A stretch of 64,000 nucleotides of DNA from Candidatus Cloacimonadota bacterium (GCA_049903315.1 JBNGBT010000010.1:34868-98867); one strand, 5' to 3'; positions 19,232 through 29,912 are shown, numbered from the stretch's first letter. The notes: generated by a model not told the origin, from the sequence alone. Translations and numbers: made by a program.

Positions 19232-20215
19232 TTATGCTTTTACTTCAATTGCTTTCTTTGGGCATACATCAATACAAATGCCACACTGAATACATTTCTC
19301 CTCATCAATTTTATGAACCTCTTTTACTTTTCCATCAATCGCACTCACAGGGCATTTCTTTGCACAGATCGTACATCCGATGCATTTTTCTTCAATAATA
19401 ATGGGTTGAGGACGGGTTTTAATTCTATCTTCAATTGCTTTTGTAGGGCACACAGTCGCACACAAACCGCAGGATACACACTTGTCATAATTTATTGTAG
19501 CAAGGTTATTCTCAAGAGTTATCGCATCGACCGGACACTTCTTTGCACATAAGCCGCAGCCAATACAGGCAGTTTTATTTCCGCAGTTCGCTTTGGCATC
19601 TTTACCTTTATCGTGAGACATGCAAAGTATATGCACTTTTTTACTGATCGGAACCAGCTCAATAAGATCTCTCGGGCAGGCCTCCACACATTTTCCACAG
19701 CCCGTGCATTTCTCTTCGTCAATGATGCGCATATTATTCTCATCGATAGAGATCGCATCAAAAATACAAGCATCATAACAATCATTATAACCAAGACAGC
19801 CATACGTGCAGGCATTTTGTCCGTTGGAAAGAAGAACCGCTGCTTTGCATGTGGCAATGCCTTTATTTTCAAATGTTATATTTGTGTTATTATTTCCGCC
19901 GCTTTGGCAATGGATAACTGCAATGTTTCTTTCTTTTTTACCAGCTTTTGTTCCCATGATCTTTGCAATTTCTGCTGCAACCGCGTCTCCACCAGGTGCA
20001 CACAATGTCGGTTCTGCACCGGATTTGACAACTGCTTCTGCATACCCGGAGCATCCCGGATAGCCGCACGCACCGCAATTGACTTTTGGTAATATTTCTT
20101 CGATCTGTTCAATTTTGGGATCAACATCAACATGAAATACCTTCGAGGCAAAGGAGAGTGCAATGCCGAATAAAATACCAAGAACGCTTAAAACAATGAT
20201 GGAAACCAATAACAT
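19232..20215 (-). CDS. rnfB: Rnf complex subunit B, polyferredoxin type
   Basis: N-terminal [16 protein letters not shown] and several CxxCxxCxxxCP motifs. Confidence 0.95.
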   Translation of the reverse strand: MLLVSIIVLSVLGILFGIALSFASKVFHVDVDPKIEQIEEILPKVNCGACGYPGCSGYAEAVVKSGAEPTLCAPGGDAVAAEIAKIMGTKAGKKERNIAVIHCQSGGNNNTNITFENKGIATCKAAVLLSNGQNACTYGCLGYNDCYDACIFDAISIDENNMRIIDEEKCTGCGKCVEACPRDLIELVPISKKVHILCMSHDKGKDAKANCGNKTACIGCGLCAKKCPVDAITLENNLATINYDKCVSCGLCATVCPTKAIEDRIKTRPQPIIIEEKCIGCTICAKKCPVSAIDGKVKEVHKIDEEKCIQCGICIDVCPKKAIEVKA

Positions 20216-20227
20216 GAGTGCTCCTTA

Positions 20228-20830
20228 TTAAAATTTCATCCCGGAAAATCCGAGAAAGGCAAGTGCCATACATCCTGCAACAATGAATGAAATAGGCATT
20301 CCCTTCATAGATTTGGGAACTTTGCTGTATTCAAGGCGTTCGCGGATGCCAGCCATGAGCACGAGAACAAGCGTGAAGCCAACTCCTGCCGCGGCGCCGT
20401 TTACAATAGACTCAATAAAGTTATAATTCTCATTGATATTAAGCAAAGAGACACCAAGAACAGCACAGTTCGTTGTAATGAGTGGAAGATAGATACCAAG
20501 TGCTTTGTAGAGCTCAGGTGCTGTTTTTTTGATCACCATTTCAACAAATTGCACAAGCACTGCAATGCTGAGAATAAATGTTATCGTACGAAGGAAGGTG
20601 AGATCGATGCCGAAGATGCTGGTCGCATCATTAAGGAAAAATGTGTAGATCAGCCAGGTGATCGTGGACGCCATGGTCATCACGAAGATAACTGCCATGC
20701 CCATGCCAAGGGCGGAGTCCATCTTCTTGGATACACCAATATAAGGACAGAGTCCGAGAAAACGAGAAATAACGAAGTTGTTAATAAATATCGATCCGAT
20801 AATAATAATAAAAAGTGTTGAGAAATCCAT
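20228..20830 (-). CDS. rnfA: Rnf complex subunit A
   Basis: FLGLCPYIGVS, LGIYLPLITTNCAVLG and AGIRERL. Confidence 0.96.
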   Translation of the reverse strand: MDFSTLFIIIIGSIFINNFVISRFLGLCPYIGVSKKMDSALGMGMAVIFVMTMASTITWLIYTFFLNDATSIFGIDLTFLRTITFILSIAVLVQFVEMVIKKTAPELYKALGIYLPLITTNCAVLGVSLLNINENYNFIESIVNGAAAGVGFTLVLVLMAGIRERLEYSKVPKSMKGMPISFIVAGCMALAFLGFSGMKF

Positions 20831-20842
20831 ATGTGCTCCTTG

Positions 20843-21448
20843 TTAATTCGCCTTAGATTTCTTCTTGTTTTGAACAATATTTAACAAGCCCATTAAAAGA
20901 CCGATTGTGATAAAAGCGCCGGGAGGAAGAATTGCGACGATCATCGGTTTGTATGATGCAGGGAGAAGATGAATATTCAGGAGAGCGCCTGTACCAAGAA
21001 TTTCCCTGATAGATGCAATAACCATGATCGCCAGCATGAAGCCAAGTCCCATACCGAGTCCGTCGAGCATGGATTTGAACACGCCATTCTTGCTTGCAAA
21101 TGCTTCAGCTCTCCCAAGAATGATACAGTTCACCACAATAAGCGGAATAAAGATCCCGAGACTCTTGTGAAGTGCAGGCACGTACGCTTCCATTGTCATG
21201 TCGACGATCGTTACGAACGATGCGATCACCAGAATAAAACAGGGAATACGGACCTTGCTCGGAATTACATTTTTTAAGAGAGAGATTAAGATATTCGAAC
21301 ACACGAGAACAAAGGTCGCTGCAGTACCCATTCCGATCGCATTCTGAACTGAAGTACTGACTGCCAGTGTGGGGCACAAGCCAAGTGCCATCACGAAAAC
21401 AGGATTTTCTTTTATGATGCCTTTTGTAAATTCTTGAAATGCTTTCAT
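20843..21448 (-). CDS. rnfE: Rnf complex subunit E
   Basis: LGLCPTLAVS, FIPLIVVNCIILGRAEAFA and LPPGAF. Confidence 0.96.
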   Translation of the reverse strand: MKAFQEFTKGIIKENPVFVMALGLCPTLAVSTSVQNAIGMGTAATFVLVCSNILISLLKNVIPSKVRIPCFILVIASFVTIVDMTMEAYVPALHKSLGIFIPLIVVNCIILGRAEAFASKNGVFKSMLDGLGMGLGFMLAIMVIASIREILGTGALLNIHLLPASYKPMIVAILPPGAFITIGLLMGLLNIVQNKKKSKAN

Positions 21449-21460
21449 TGTTCTCCTCGG

Positions 21461-21991
21461 CTATAATCTATCACGAAGCTTTTGAAAAGTGTCACGAATT
21501 GCATTGGTCACTGCGCGGGTTGTAATGGTCGCACCGGTAAGGGATTGGATGTCCCCACCGTCTTTATCAACATAGATATTTCCGGGATTTTTATCAGAGA
21601 ATTGAGCAGTGAAATCTGGTTTTGTGCAATTTGCTCCAAGACCGGGAGTTTCTGATTGCGAGACGACAGTGATCGCACTTATCATGAGTTCAGGAGTAAG
21701 CCCGACTATCGTCTTCACATCGCTGCTATAACCGTATTGTTCACAGGAAAAAACATATCCCACGAGTGTGCTGTCTGCAGAATAACCTTCATAAAATAAT
21801 ACAGTACTACTGTCTGATACCGGCTTGAAGGATTCAGCATCAGGGAGGACAAGTCTGCGTGCAGCTTCTACTGCTTTCAGCTTATTTTCAGCTATGAGAG
21901 GTGCGGTCTGTGTGTAGATCAGCGAGAGTATAGCTCCAGCGATCACACAGATGATCAACAAAACCAGAGTTGGACAAATAAAATCTTTCAT
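21461..21991 (-). CDS. rnfG: Rnf complex subunit G (FMN-binding)
   Basis: ETPGLG and LTGATITT flavinylation motif. Confidence 0.95.
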   Translation of the reverse strand: MKDFICPTLVLLIICVIAGAILSLIYTQTAPLIAENKLKAVEAARRLVLPDAESFKPVSDSSTVLFYEGYSADSTLVGYVFSCEQYGYSSDVKTIVGLTPELMISAITVVSQSETPGLGANCTKPDFTAQFSDKNPGNIYVDKDGGDIQSLTGATITTRAVTNAIRDTFQKLRDRL

Positions 21992-22012
21992 ATTATCCTC
22001 AAAAATATATAC

Positions 22013-23092
22013 TTATTTTTTAGATTTCTTTCTGGAACCAAATGCCTTTTGCGGGGTAATTTTATCAATGAGTGGAGCGGCAACATTCATAATAAGAATG
22101 GAATATGAGACACCTTCGGGATACCCGCCCCATGTGCGGATCACGACAGTGAGTAGTCCGCAGCCAATGCCAAAGATAAGCCGCCCGTTTTTGGTCACAG
22201 GAGTGGTAACCATATCTGTAGCCATAAAGAAAGCTCCGAGAATGAGACCGCCGGAGAAAATATGGAATAAGATAGGACCGGAAAAGAGTCCGTCGATACC
22301 GCCAACCATCCAGCTCAGAAATGCCACAGTGCCGATGTAGCCAATGGGTATCCGCCATTCGATGTAGTGCTTATACACCAGAATAGCAGCTCCGAGTATC
22401 AGTGCGGCTGCAGATACTTCACCGATACATCCGCCGATATTACCCCAGAAAAGTTCTTTGATATAATCCAGGGATGAGAGTTGGTGGAAAATGGTTCTGG
22501 CAGAATCACCCGCAGTGCCGGCAATGATATCACCGCGAACCTGTTGAGCGAGATTAAGGGGAGTTGCTGAAGTGATCAAATTTTGGAGTTGAGCATCTCC
22601 GCCAGTTATTAAAGTTTGCTTAAGTCCTGAAACAGTCGCAACTCCGGCGTTTGCCAGCTTCGTAGCCCAGCCGGTCGTCATTTGGACAGGCCAGGATGCC
22701 ATAAGGAAGGCACGCGCAAGGAGCGCTGGATTCACGGGGTTGTATCCCAAGCCACCGAAGATCTGTTTGCCGATAGTGATCGCAAAAACAGAACCCACAA
22801 CAGGAATCCACCATGGAGTAAGGGGTGGGAGATTAAAAGCAAGAAGCATTCCTGTGACAACTGCACTTCCGTCAGAGATCGTTACAGGTCTTTTTGTTAA
22901 AAATTGTACAAGAGCTTCAGTTACAACAGCAGCAACTACACCGAGAATGGTTATCCAGATAGATCGCCATCCAAAGAAAAGATATGCAGCGAGAAGCGCA
23001 GGCAGAAGGGCTATCACCACAGTCCACATTACCCGACGAACACTTACCTGTTCATGCAGGTGCGGAGAACAAGAGACATTCACTAAACTCAC
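22013..23092 (-). CDS. rnfD: Rnf complex subunit D
   Basis: SPH, FGGLGYNPVNPA, TSATPL, GCIGEVS and FMATDMVTTP. Start taken at GTG 23092, 8 nt after GGAGG. Confidence 0.95.
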   Translation of the reverse strand: MSLVNVSCSPHLHEQVSVRRVMWTVVIALLPALLAAYLFFGWRSIWITILGVVAAVVTEALVQFLTKRPVTISDGSAVVTGMLLAFNLPPLTPWWIPVVGSVFAITIGKQIFGGLGYNPVNPALLARAFLMASWPVQMTTGWATKLANAGVATVSGLKQTLITGGDAQLQNLITSATPLNLAQQVRGDIIAGTAGDSARTIFHQLSSLDYIKELFWGNIGGCIGEVSAAALILGAAILVYKHYIEWRIPIGYIGTVAFLSWMVGGIDGLFSGPILFHIFSGGLILGAFFMATDMVTTPVTKNGRLIFGIGCGLLTVVIRTWGGYPEGVSYSILIMNVAAPLIDKITPQKAFGSRKKSKK

Positions 23093-23114
23093 GAGTGAAA
23101 CCTCCAAAAACTAT

Positions 23115-24440
23115 TTATTTATCTTGGCGTTTAAGTTTATTTACTTCTAACTTTCCGATCTTGATCCATTGGACAAGCTGAATATGAGAAGGGCACACAT
23201 AAGCGCAGGAGCCGCATTCAATACAGTCGAGAACTCCCAATTTCATAGCTTTCTCATATTGTCCATTCTTGATCTTATCAGCAATAAATGATGGCACAAG
23301 GTTCATCGGGCATGCATCCACGCAGCGCCCGCAGTGCAGACAAGGGGCTTCAGTAGTATCGACAACCTCTTTTTTGCCCAAAAACACAAAACCGGAAGTC
23401 GTTTTCGTAGCCGGAGCTTCAAGGTTGGGAAGAGCAAAACCCATCATAGGACCACCGGAAATTATCTTTCCTATTTCTTCTTTTGTGCCATCACAATATT
23501 CAAGAAGTTGGGAAAGAGGTGTTCCGATTGGCACTTTAAGATTTTTTGGCTCATTTACAATTGCACCACTAATCGTCGTAATCCTTTCAATAAGGGGTTT
23601 ATGAAAACGAAGCGCTTCATATATTGCAAAAGCAGTTCCCACATTTTGGACAACAACCCCCACATCCATTGGAAGTCCGCCAGCTGGGACTTTACGTTTT
23701 GTCGCTGCATAAATAAGCTGCTTTTCTGCTCCTTGAGGATAACGCAGCATACAGGGAACTACATTAATGTTTTTCTGATCACGGAGCATTTGCCTGAAAA
23801 TCGAAATAGCATTCTTTTTGTTGAGCTCGATACCAATGTATCCACGCTTGGCTCCGAGTATCTTCATTATAATGCGCAAACCTGCAATGATATCTTCAGG
23901 ATATTCAAGCATCAGCCGATGGTCGGATGTGAGATAGGGTTCGCATTCCACGCCATTAAGAATGACAGTATCTATAGGACGGTTTTCAGGGGGAGAGAGC
24001 TTCACGTGTGTGGGAAATCCTGCACCACCCATGCCGCAGATACCTGCTTCCTGGATTCGTTCTTTCATTTTCTCGATGCTCAATGAGAAATACTGCTCAT
24101 CGTCGATAAGTTTTGATATCCATTCATTCTTACCGTCATTCTCGATCTCGATTGCCTGCTGAATTGTGCCCGTTGGATGCGGATAAGGTCCTATCTTGGT
24201 TACTTTACCTGAAACGGGACTATGCATAGGTATGGAAACAAATCCACTTGCTTCAGCAATTTTTTGTCCTTTTTTGACCTCATCTCCGACTTTTACAATT
24301 GGTACAGCGGGACGACCGATATGCTGGATTAAAGGAATATAAAGTTTTTCTGGTGCAGGAAATTTCTCAATCCCTTTGTGATTGGAAAAATGTTTATGGT
24401 CATGCGGATGAATACCACCCTTAAAAGTTTTTGCGCACAT
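23115..24440 (-). CDS. rnfC: Rnf complex subunit C
   Basis: FKGGIHP, GMGGAGFPT, NGVECEPYLTSD, GGPMMG and two 4Fe-4S motifs. Confidence 0.96.
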   Translation of the reverse strand: MCAKTFKGGIHPHDHKHFSNHKGIEKFPAPEKLYIPLIQHIGRPAVPIVKVGDEVKKGQKIAEASGFVSIPMHSPVSGKVTKIGPYPHPTGTIQQAIEIENDGKNEWISKLIDDEQYFSLSIEKMKERIQEAGICGMGGAGFPTHVKLSPPENRPIDTVILNGVECEPYLTSDHRLMLEYPEDIIAGLRIIMKILGAKRGYIGIELNKKNAISIFRQMLRDQKNINVVPCMLRYPQGAEKQLIYAATKRKVPAGGLPMDVGVVVQNVGTAFAIYEALRFHKPLIERITTISGAIVNEPKNLKVPIGTPLSQLLEYCDGTKEEIGKIISGGPMMGFALPNLEAPATKTTSGFVFLGKKEVVDTTEAPCLHCGRCVDACPMNLVPSFIADKIKNGQYEKAMKLGVLDCIECGSCAYVCPSHIQLVQWIKIGKLEVNKLKRQDK

Positions 24441-24454
24441 TATCAGTCCTTTGG

Positions 24455-24489
24455 AAATTTAAAATTTAAAATTACAAATTTAAAATTAC
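24455..24489. repeat. Five tandem heptamers (AAATTTA/AAATTAC) in the ftsY-rnfC spacer
   Basis: AAATTTA AAATTTA AAATTAC AAATTTA AAATTAC read directly from the sequence. Confidence 0.75.
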
Positions 24490-24498
24490 ATAGATTCA

Positions 24499-25422
24499 TT
24501 ATTCGAAAATAGCTTTCACGAATTCTGTTGCATCAAAATCTTTCAGATCATCCATCTGTTCGCCGACACCAATAGCCTTGATAGGTATCTGAAGGCTGTC
24601 TTTGATGCCAAGAGCAACACCCCCCTTTGCCGTGCCGTCAAGTTTCGTGAGTATGATGCCGTTGATTGGTATGGATTCAAGGAATTTCTTTGCCTGCTGA
24701 ACACCATTTTGACCTGTTGTCGCATCAATGACAAGCAGGACTTGATGTGGAGCTTCAGGGATGTGTTTTTGGATAGTCCGTTTTATTTTTTCGAGTTCTC
24801 TCATAAGATTTATTTTTGTGTGGAGTCTGCCGGCAGTATCGATCAAAACGACATCGTATGAATGAGCTTTTGCAGACTGCATGGCATTGAATATCACAGA
24901 AGATGGATCAGAGCCGTATTCCTGTCCGATAATTGCAACACCAATTCTCTTTGCCCAGAGCTCAAGCTGCTCGATCGCTGCTGCCCGGAAAGTATCACCT
25001 GCAACAAGGAGAACCTTCTTACCATTATTTTTAAATCGCTGAGCACATTTCGCAATTGAAGTGGTTTTGCCCACTCCATTCACTCCCACGAAGAGCATCA
25101 CATAGGGCTTTTCCTGGGGATTAAAATCTATAGATTCCACATCCTTATATTCATCCCGAAGAATGGTAAGAATGATATTTTCAAGCGCAGAAAATACTTT
25201 TTCTGAACTTGTGAGTTTGTGAAGGCGTATTTGTCCTTTTAATTGTGAAATGATCTTTTCTGTAATAGAAATGCCGAGATCTGCTTGGATAAGGATGTCT
25301 TCGATATCTTCAATAAGTTCCTCATCAACCCTGCCACTCAAATGAACGATCTCTGCTATACGGGTAATAAAGGAATTGTGGGTCTTAGAAAGTTTTTTCT
25401 TTAAACTGCTCACAAGTGACAA
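24499..25422 (-). CDS. ftsY: SRP receptor FtsY (short form without an acidic domain)
   Basis: GVNGVGKTT, DTFRAAAIEQL, DTAGRL and TKLDGTAKGG. Confidence 0.97.
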   Translation of the reverse strand: MSLVSSLKKKLSKTHNSFITRIAEIVHLSGRVDEELIEDIEDILIQADLGISITEKIISQLKGQIRLHKLTSSEKVFSALENIILTILRDEYKDVESIDFNPQEKPYVMLFVGVNGVGKTTSIAKCAQRFKNNGKKVLLVAGDTFRAAAIEQLELWAKRIGVAIIGQEYGSDPSSVIFNAMQSAKAHSYDVVLIDTAGRLHTKINLMRELEKIKRTIQKHIPEAPHQVLLVIDATTGQNGVQQAKKFLESIPINGIILTKLDGTAKGGVALGIKDSLQIPIKAIGVGEQMDDLKDFDATEFVKAIFE

Positions 25423-25491
25423 TAAAAACTCCGAAAATTTTGCTTCAAATATTGTATTGGTAAGAATGAATCAAGTTTTTTTCAAAAAAAA

Positions 25492-25568
25492 TGGTGGGTG
25501 ATACTGGATTCGAACCAGTGACCTCTACGATGTGAACGTAGCGCTCTAACCAGCTGAGCTAATCACCC
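25492..25568 (-). tRNA. tRNA-Val (anticodon CAC), CCA encoded
   Basis: Reverse complement GGGTGATTAGCTCAGCTGGTTAGAGCGCTACGTTCACATCGTAGAGGTCACTGGTTCGAATCCAGTATCACCCACCA; anticodon arm CTACG-TTCACAT-CGTAG; TTCGAAT T-loop. Confidence 0.96.
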
Positions 25569-25576
25569 GACCGAGT

Positions 25577-25786
25577 TTATACTTCTTTTTTTGCAAAAAC
25601 TACATAAAACAAACGAATCGCGATGAGCATTATTGGTATAATGAGCCAAACATAGTCAACTTTTGCAAGCACTGGGAAAAGCTTAATCACGATCCACATA
25701 ACAAGTGCAGCAGCGACCTGAGCTAATTTTAGATCGAAAATATTCATTCGTTTTATACGGTTATTAAAGAATTGAATAATATTCAT
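25577..25786 (-). CDS. Small hypothetical membrane protein (two hydrophobic segments)
   Basis: 69-aa ORF starting 1 nt after the ppdK stop and filling the gap to the tRNA. Confidence 0.65.
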   Translation of the reverse strand: MNIIQFFNNRIKRMNIFDLKLAQVAAALVMWIVIKLFPVLAKVDYVWLIIPIMLIAIRLFYVVFAKKEV

Positions 25787-25787
25787 A

Positions 25788-28508
25788 TTATTTAGGATTT
25801 TTAATTACAGCTTGCGCTGCAGCAAGACGTGCGATTGGGACACGGAAAGGGGAACAGCTTACATAATTCAAGCCTATTTTATGACAAAATTCTACAGAAC
25901 TGGGCTCTCCTCCGTGCTCACCACATATGCCTATTATTAGTTTAGGATTCGTTTTTCTTCCTTTTTCAATCGCGATTTTAACAAGCTCACCAATACCTTT
26001 TTGATCGAGTGCCTGGAATGGATCATGGCTAAAGATGCCTATTTCTTTATACTGCTTAAGGAATTTACCTGAATCGTCTCTGGAGAATCCAAAACCCATC
26101 TGAGTAAGATCGTTCGTGCCAAATGAGAAAAATTCTGCATGTTCAGCGATCTCATCAGCAACAAGGCATGCACGAGGTATTTCAATCATTGTACCAACCT
26201 TAAAGTGCAGGTTGATGCCGTTTTTATTGATAATTCGGGAAGCAATGTCTCGAGCACGTTTTTCTATAAAATCGTATTCATTCACATCACTCACGAGCGG
26301 AATCATTATTTCCGGTTTAGCATCAATGCCCTTCTTTTTTAGAGAGCATGCAGATTCAATTATTGCTTCGATCTGCATGTCATAGATATCCGGAAAAGTT
26401 ATGCCGAGACGGCAGCCCCTGTGCCCGAGCATCGGATTGAATTCTTTGAGTTGGTTTATCCTTGCTTTAATATCCTGCGTTGATTTTTTGAAAGTCTTGC
26501 TTAATTTTTGAATCTCTTCGTCGTCTTTAAGGTCAGGGAGAAATTCATGAAGGGGGGGATCGAGTAAACGGATCGTAACGGGAAGTCCCTGCATTACTTC
26601 AAGAATTCCTTTGAAGTCTTCGATCTGATTCTTTTTCAGTTCTTCAAGCGGATATTTCCTTTCTTCCGGTGAGTCGGCAAGGATCATACCGCGGACGAAA
26701 TCAATCCTATTTTCACCAAAAAACATATGTTCTGTCCTGCAAAGGCCAATCCCGACTGCACCAAAATTTCGTGCGATTTCAGAGTCTTTTGGAGTATCAG
26801 CATTTGCGTGAACATGGAGCCGGGCTCTCTGGTCAGCCCATTTCATAAGCTGCTCAAATTCTTCAGTAAATTCCGGAGATTTTGTGCCGATCTTACCTTC
26901 AAATACTTCACCTGTAGAGCCATCAATAGAAATGAAATCCCCTTCTTTTATGACATGGTCATCAACAAAAAATTTCTTAGCTTTTAAATCAATACTAATA
27001 TCTCCGCAACCTGCGACACAGCATTTCCCCATTCCTCGTGCGACAACTGCAGCATGAGAAGTCATGCCGCCACGCACAGTAAGAATACCCTGCGATGCAT
27101 CCATTCCAGAGATATCTTCCGGAGAAGTTTCAGTTCGCACAAGAATTGTTTTTTCATTTCTTTCTTTCCATTTAACTGCTTCTTCAGCGTAGAAAACGAC
27201 CTTGCCGACAGCAGCACCAGGAGAAGCAGGTAGTCCTTTTGCAAGAAAACGATTCTCCTTTTCTGCTTTCACCTTTTCTTTATCATCAAAACTTGGGTGG
27301 AGAAGCTGGTTAAGCTGATCCGGCTCGACGCGCATGAGTGCAGTGTCTTTATCGATCATTTTCTCTTTTACCATATCAACTGCAATTTTCACTGCTGCAT
27401 TTGCAGTGCGTTTACCCGTTCTGGTCTGAAGAATGAATAAAGTATCTTTCTGAATAGTGAATTCAAGATCTTGCATATCTTTGTAATGAGTTTCTAATTT
27501 TCTCTGTATTGCAAAAAGCTCTTTATATACTTTCGGCATCAATTCTTCGAGAGAAGGATATTTTTCTACTCTCACCTTTTCAGATATATTATTATTTTTT
27601 GCCCAACGAATAGAATTTCCTTTTGTGATTTCCTGTGGAGTGCGTGTTCCTGCGACCACGTCCTCACCCTGTGCATTTACAAGGAATTCTCCAAAGAATT
27701 TATCCTCTCCAGTAGAAGGATCGCGCGTGAAAGCAACACCTGTTGCACAGTCCTCTCCCATATTACCAAAGACCATTGCTTGGACATTAACCGCTGTGCC
27801 AAGAAGTCCTGTGATATTATTTAACTCACGGTATTTTTCTGCTCGCGCATTACTCCAAGATTTAAAAACAGAGTCGATCGCGGACCAGAGCTGATCATTG
27901 GGATTTTGAGGGAATTCTTCACCCATCTCATCTTTATAGATTTCTTTGTATTGCTCAACAACAAGTTTAAGATCGTCAGCGGTCAAATCTATATCAAGGG
28001 TCACTTTTTTCATGTTCTTGATACGTGAAAGCACATCTTCAAAGAGCTCAGAATCTATTTGATGAACAACATTCCCGAACATCTGAATAAGCCTGCGATA
28101 CGCATCCCACACGAATCTTGCATTTCCTGTAGTTTCTGCAAAACCCTTTACCGACTTGTCATTCAGCCCGAGATTAAGGATAGTATCCATCATGCCTGGC
28201 ATGGAAACCGCGGCGCCGGAACGGACAGAAAGAAGGAGAGGCTTATGCGCATCTCCAAACTTCAAATCCATTTCTTTCTCCAGAAGATCAAGGTTAATTT
28301 CGACTTCCTTTTTCAAATTTGAAGGATAGTGCTGGTCATGTTTATTGAAATAGTCACAAATTTCTGTTGATAACGTAAAACCGGGAGGGACAGGGATGCC
28401 GAGATTTGACATTTCTGCAAGGTTTGCTCCTTTACCTCCAAGAATTTCCTTCATGGATTTATTTCCATCGGTTTTTGTTTTACCAAAATAATACACATTC
28501 TTAGTCAT
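25788..28508 (-). CDS. ppdK: Pyruvate, phosphate dikinase
   Basis: LGGKGANLAEM, SMPGMMDT, GGMTSHAAVVARG (phospho-His), GIGLCRTEHMFF and GICGEHGG. Confidence 0.98.
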   Translation of the reverse strand: MTKNVYYFGKTKTDGNKSMKEILGGKGANLAEMSNLGIPVPPGFTLSTEICDYFNKHDQHYPSNLKKEVEINLDLLEKEMDLKFGDAHKPLLLSVRSGAAVSMPGMMDTILNLGLNDKSVKGFAETTGNARFVWDAYRRLIQMFGNVVHQIDSELFEDVLSRIKNMKKVTLDIDLTADDLKLVVEQYKEIYKDEMGEEFPQNPNDQLWSAIDSVFKSWSNARAEKYRELNNITGLLGTAVNVQAMVFGNMGEDCATGVAFTRDPSTGEDKFFGEFLVNAQGEDVVAGTRTPQEITKGNSIRWAKNNNISEKVRVEKYPSLEELMPKVYKELFAIQRKLETHYKDMQDLEFTIQKDTLFILQTRTGKRTANAAVKIAVDMVKEKMIDKDTALMRVEPDQLNQLLHPSFDDKEKVKAEKENRFLAKGLPASPGAAVGKVVFYAEEAVKWKERNEKTILVRTETSPEDISGMDASQGILTVRGGMTSHAAVVARGMGKCCVAGCGDISIDLKAKKFFVDDHVIKEGDFISIDGSTGEVFEGKIGTKSPEFTEEFEQLMKWADQRARLHVHANADTPKDSEIARNFGAVGIGLCRTEHMFFGENRIDFVRGMILADSPEERKYPLEELKKNQIEDFKGILEVMQGLPVTIRLLDPPLHEFLPDLKDDEEIQKLSKTFKKSTQDIKARINQLKEFNPMLGHRGCRLGITFPDIYDMQIEAIIESACSLKKKGIDAKPEIMIPLVSDVNEYDFIEKRARDIASRIINKNGINLHFKVGTMIEIPRACLVADEIAEHAEFFSFGTNDLTQMGFGFSRDDSGKFLKQYKEIGIFSHDPFQALDQKGIGELVKIAIEKGRKTNPKLIIGICGEHGGEPSSVEFCHKIGLNYVSCSPFRVPIARLAAAQAVIKNPK

Positions 28509-28517
28509 GTTACCTCT

Positions 28518-29099
28518 TTATTTATATAAATTATTATTATTAATGAATTCTTCAACTTTTGCAGGAACTAGTCCGCGGATGGGCTTTCCTTGCGAGCGCA
28601 TATTCCTGATGCACTGTGAAGAGATGTCAATTTTTGGCATTTCCAGAAATGAAAGTTCACCACTGAAAGAAAAATCATGAGAACGATCTTTCCTATCTGA
28701 TGGTCTGCTAATAATAATGAACTTAGCCAGTTTGAGCAACTCATTATACTTGAACCACATTGAGATTTCCGGCACATTATCCTCACCCATGAGAAAATAG
28801 AGTTCATCATCAGGATGTTCTTTTTTCAATTTCTCAAGTGTGAAATATGTGTAGGTAAAATCCTGGGCGTGTTCCTGTTTTTCCAGTTCGCTGATTTCAA
28901 AATATGGATATCCGCTCAGAGCCAGATGGAGCATCTGAACTCTTAGATCAAATGGAGTTTGCGGTTTTTTATGCGGTGGATTGCCGGCAGGAATAAAAAA
29001 GATTTTATCCAGTTGAAGTTTGTCTTGGCAATATTCTGCCATCCGGAGGTGACCGCAGTGGATTGGATCAAAGGTGCCACCAAGTATTCCCAATCTCAT
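28518..29099 (-). CDS. nadD: Nicotinate-nucleotide adenylyltransferase
   Basis: GGTFDPIHCGH, PPHK, FLMGED and ISSQCIR. Confidence 0.93.
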   Translation of the reverse strand: MRLGILGGTFDPIHCGHLRMAEYCQDKLQLDKIFFIPAGNPPHKKPQTPFDLRVQMLHLALSGYPYFEISELEKQEHAQDFTYTYFTLEKLKKEHPDDELYFLMGEDNVPEISMWFKYNELLKLAKFIIISRPSDRKDRSHDFSFSGELSFLEMPKIDISSQCIRNMRSQGKPIRGLVPAKVEEFINNNNLYK

Positions 29100-29101
29100 G
29101 A

Positions 29102-29911
29102 TCAGTTTGTTGTATGAGCGTTTATTTTTTTTATGAATGGAGATTCGGGGTATTTTGCAGAAAGCTGTTCGCCAATATCTGCAAGCTTATCCCATATCTT
29201 TTTTTTGATATATATTTTCGCGGCGAGCTCAAGTGCATTTTCGTCTATCTCGCCAGGAATATTCTCATCAAAAATTTCATTAAGATACATCAGAGATGCA
29301 TTATAATATCCCATCATGTAATAAATATGAGCGTTGAGATATTTCTTTTCAAGAAGCTTGTTTATGCAAGTAGTCTTCATGTTTTCAACGTTGACAATAA
29401 GTTCAGATTCCGGGTATTGGGCAATAAAATGATTGAACTGCTGAAGAGCATTTATCGTTTCTTGTTGATCATATGCGGGGGGATAAGATAATTTGAACCA
29501 GGCAGAGCCGATTTTGAAATTAGCATCTTCATTATATTGAGAGTAAGGGAACAATCGCATGAGTTGTTCAAATTCAAAGATCGCATCTTCGTACAATTTC
29601 ATATTGAAATAACAGTTTGCAAGCTGGTATTGAGCTCGTTTGACAAGCGTATCACCCTTACTCATATACGTGATGATCTCATATATATCTCTTGCTTTGT
29701 TGAATTTCCTTCTTTGATACAGTTCATCAGCTTCGATCATTTTTTCATGAGGATCGAAATCACCTTTCGGAAGCTCAAAGGGTTTTTCATACGTGACATC
29801 GTCTTCTTCATCCCAACTCATGGGCGAAGGAGTTTGTGAATAGAGAAAATTCATAAAAATGAGAGAAATAAGAATCAGTAAAAACAAGATTGGCAGGATA
29901 TATTTTTTCAT
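29102..29911 (-). CDS. bamD: Outer membrane protein assembly factor BamD-like TPR protein
   Basis: TPR repeats and LSYPPAYDQQETINALQQFNHFIAQYPES. Start taken at ATG 29911 (MKKYILP). Confidence 0.8.
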   Translation of the reverse strand: MKKYILPILFLLILISLIFMNFLYSQTPSPMSWDEEDDVTYEKPFELPKGDFDPHEKMIEADELYQRRKFNKARDIYEIITYMSKGDTLVKRAQYQLANCYFNMKLYEDAIFEFEQLMRLFPYSQYNEDANFKIGSAWFKLSYPPAYDQQETINALQQFNHFIAQYPESELIVNVENMKTTCINKLLEKKYLNAHIYYMMGYYNASLMYLNEIFDENIPGEIDENALELAAKIYIKKKIWDKLADIGEQLSAKYPESPFIKKINAHTTN

Positions 29912-29912
29912 T

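Noticed and set aside
23334..24086. 250-aa plus-strand ORF
   Set aside because: Antisense shadow of rnfC with no recognisable motifs.
25492..25568. tRNA-Val as an island integration site
   Set aside because: No duplicated tRNA 3' end or integrase seen; flanked by housekeeping genes.
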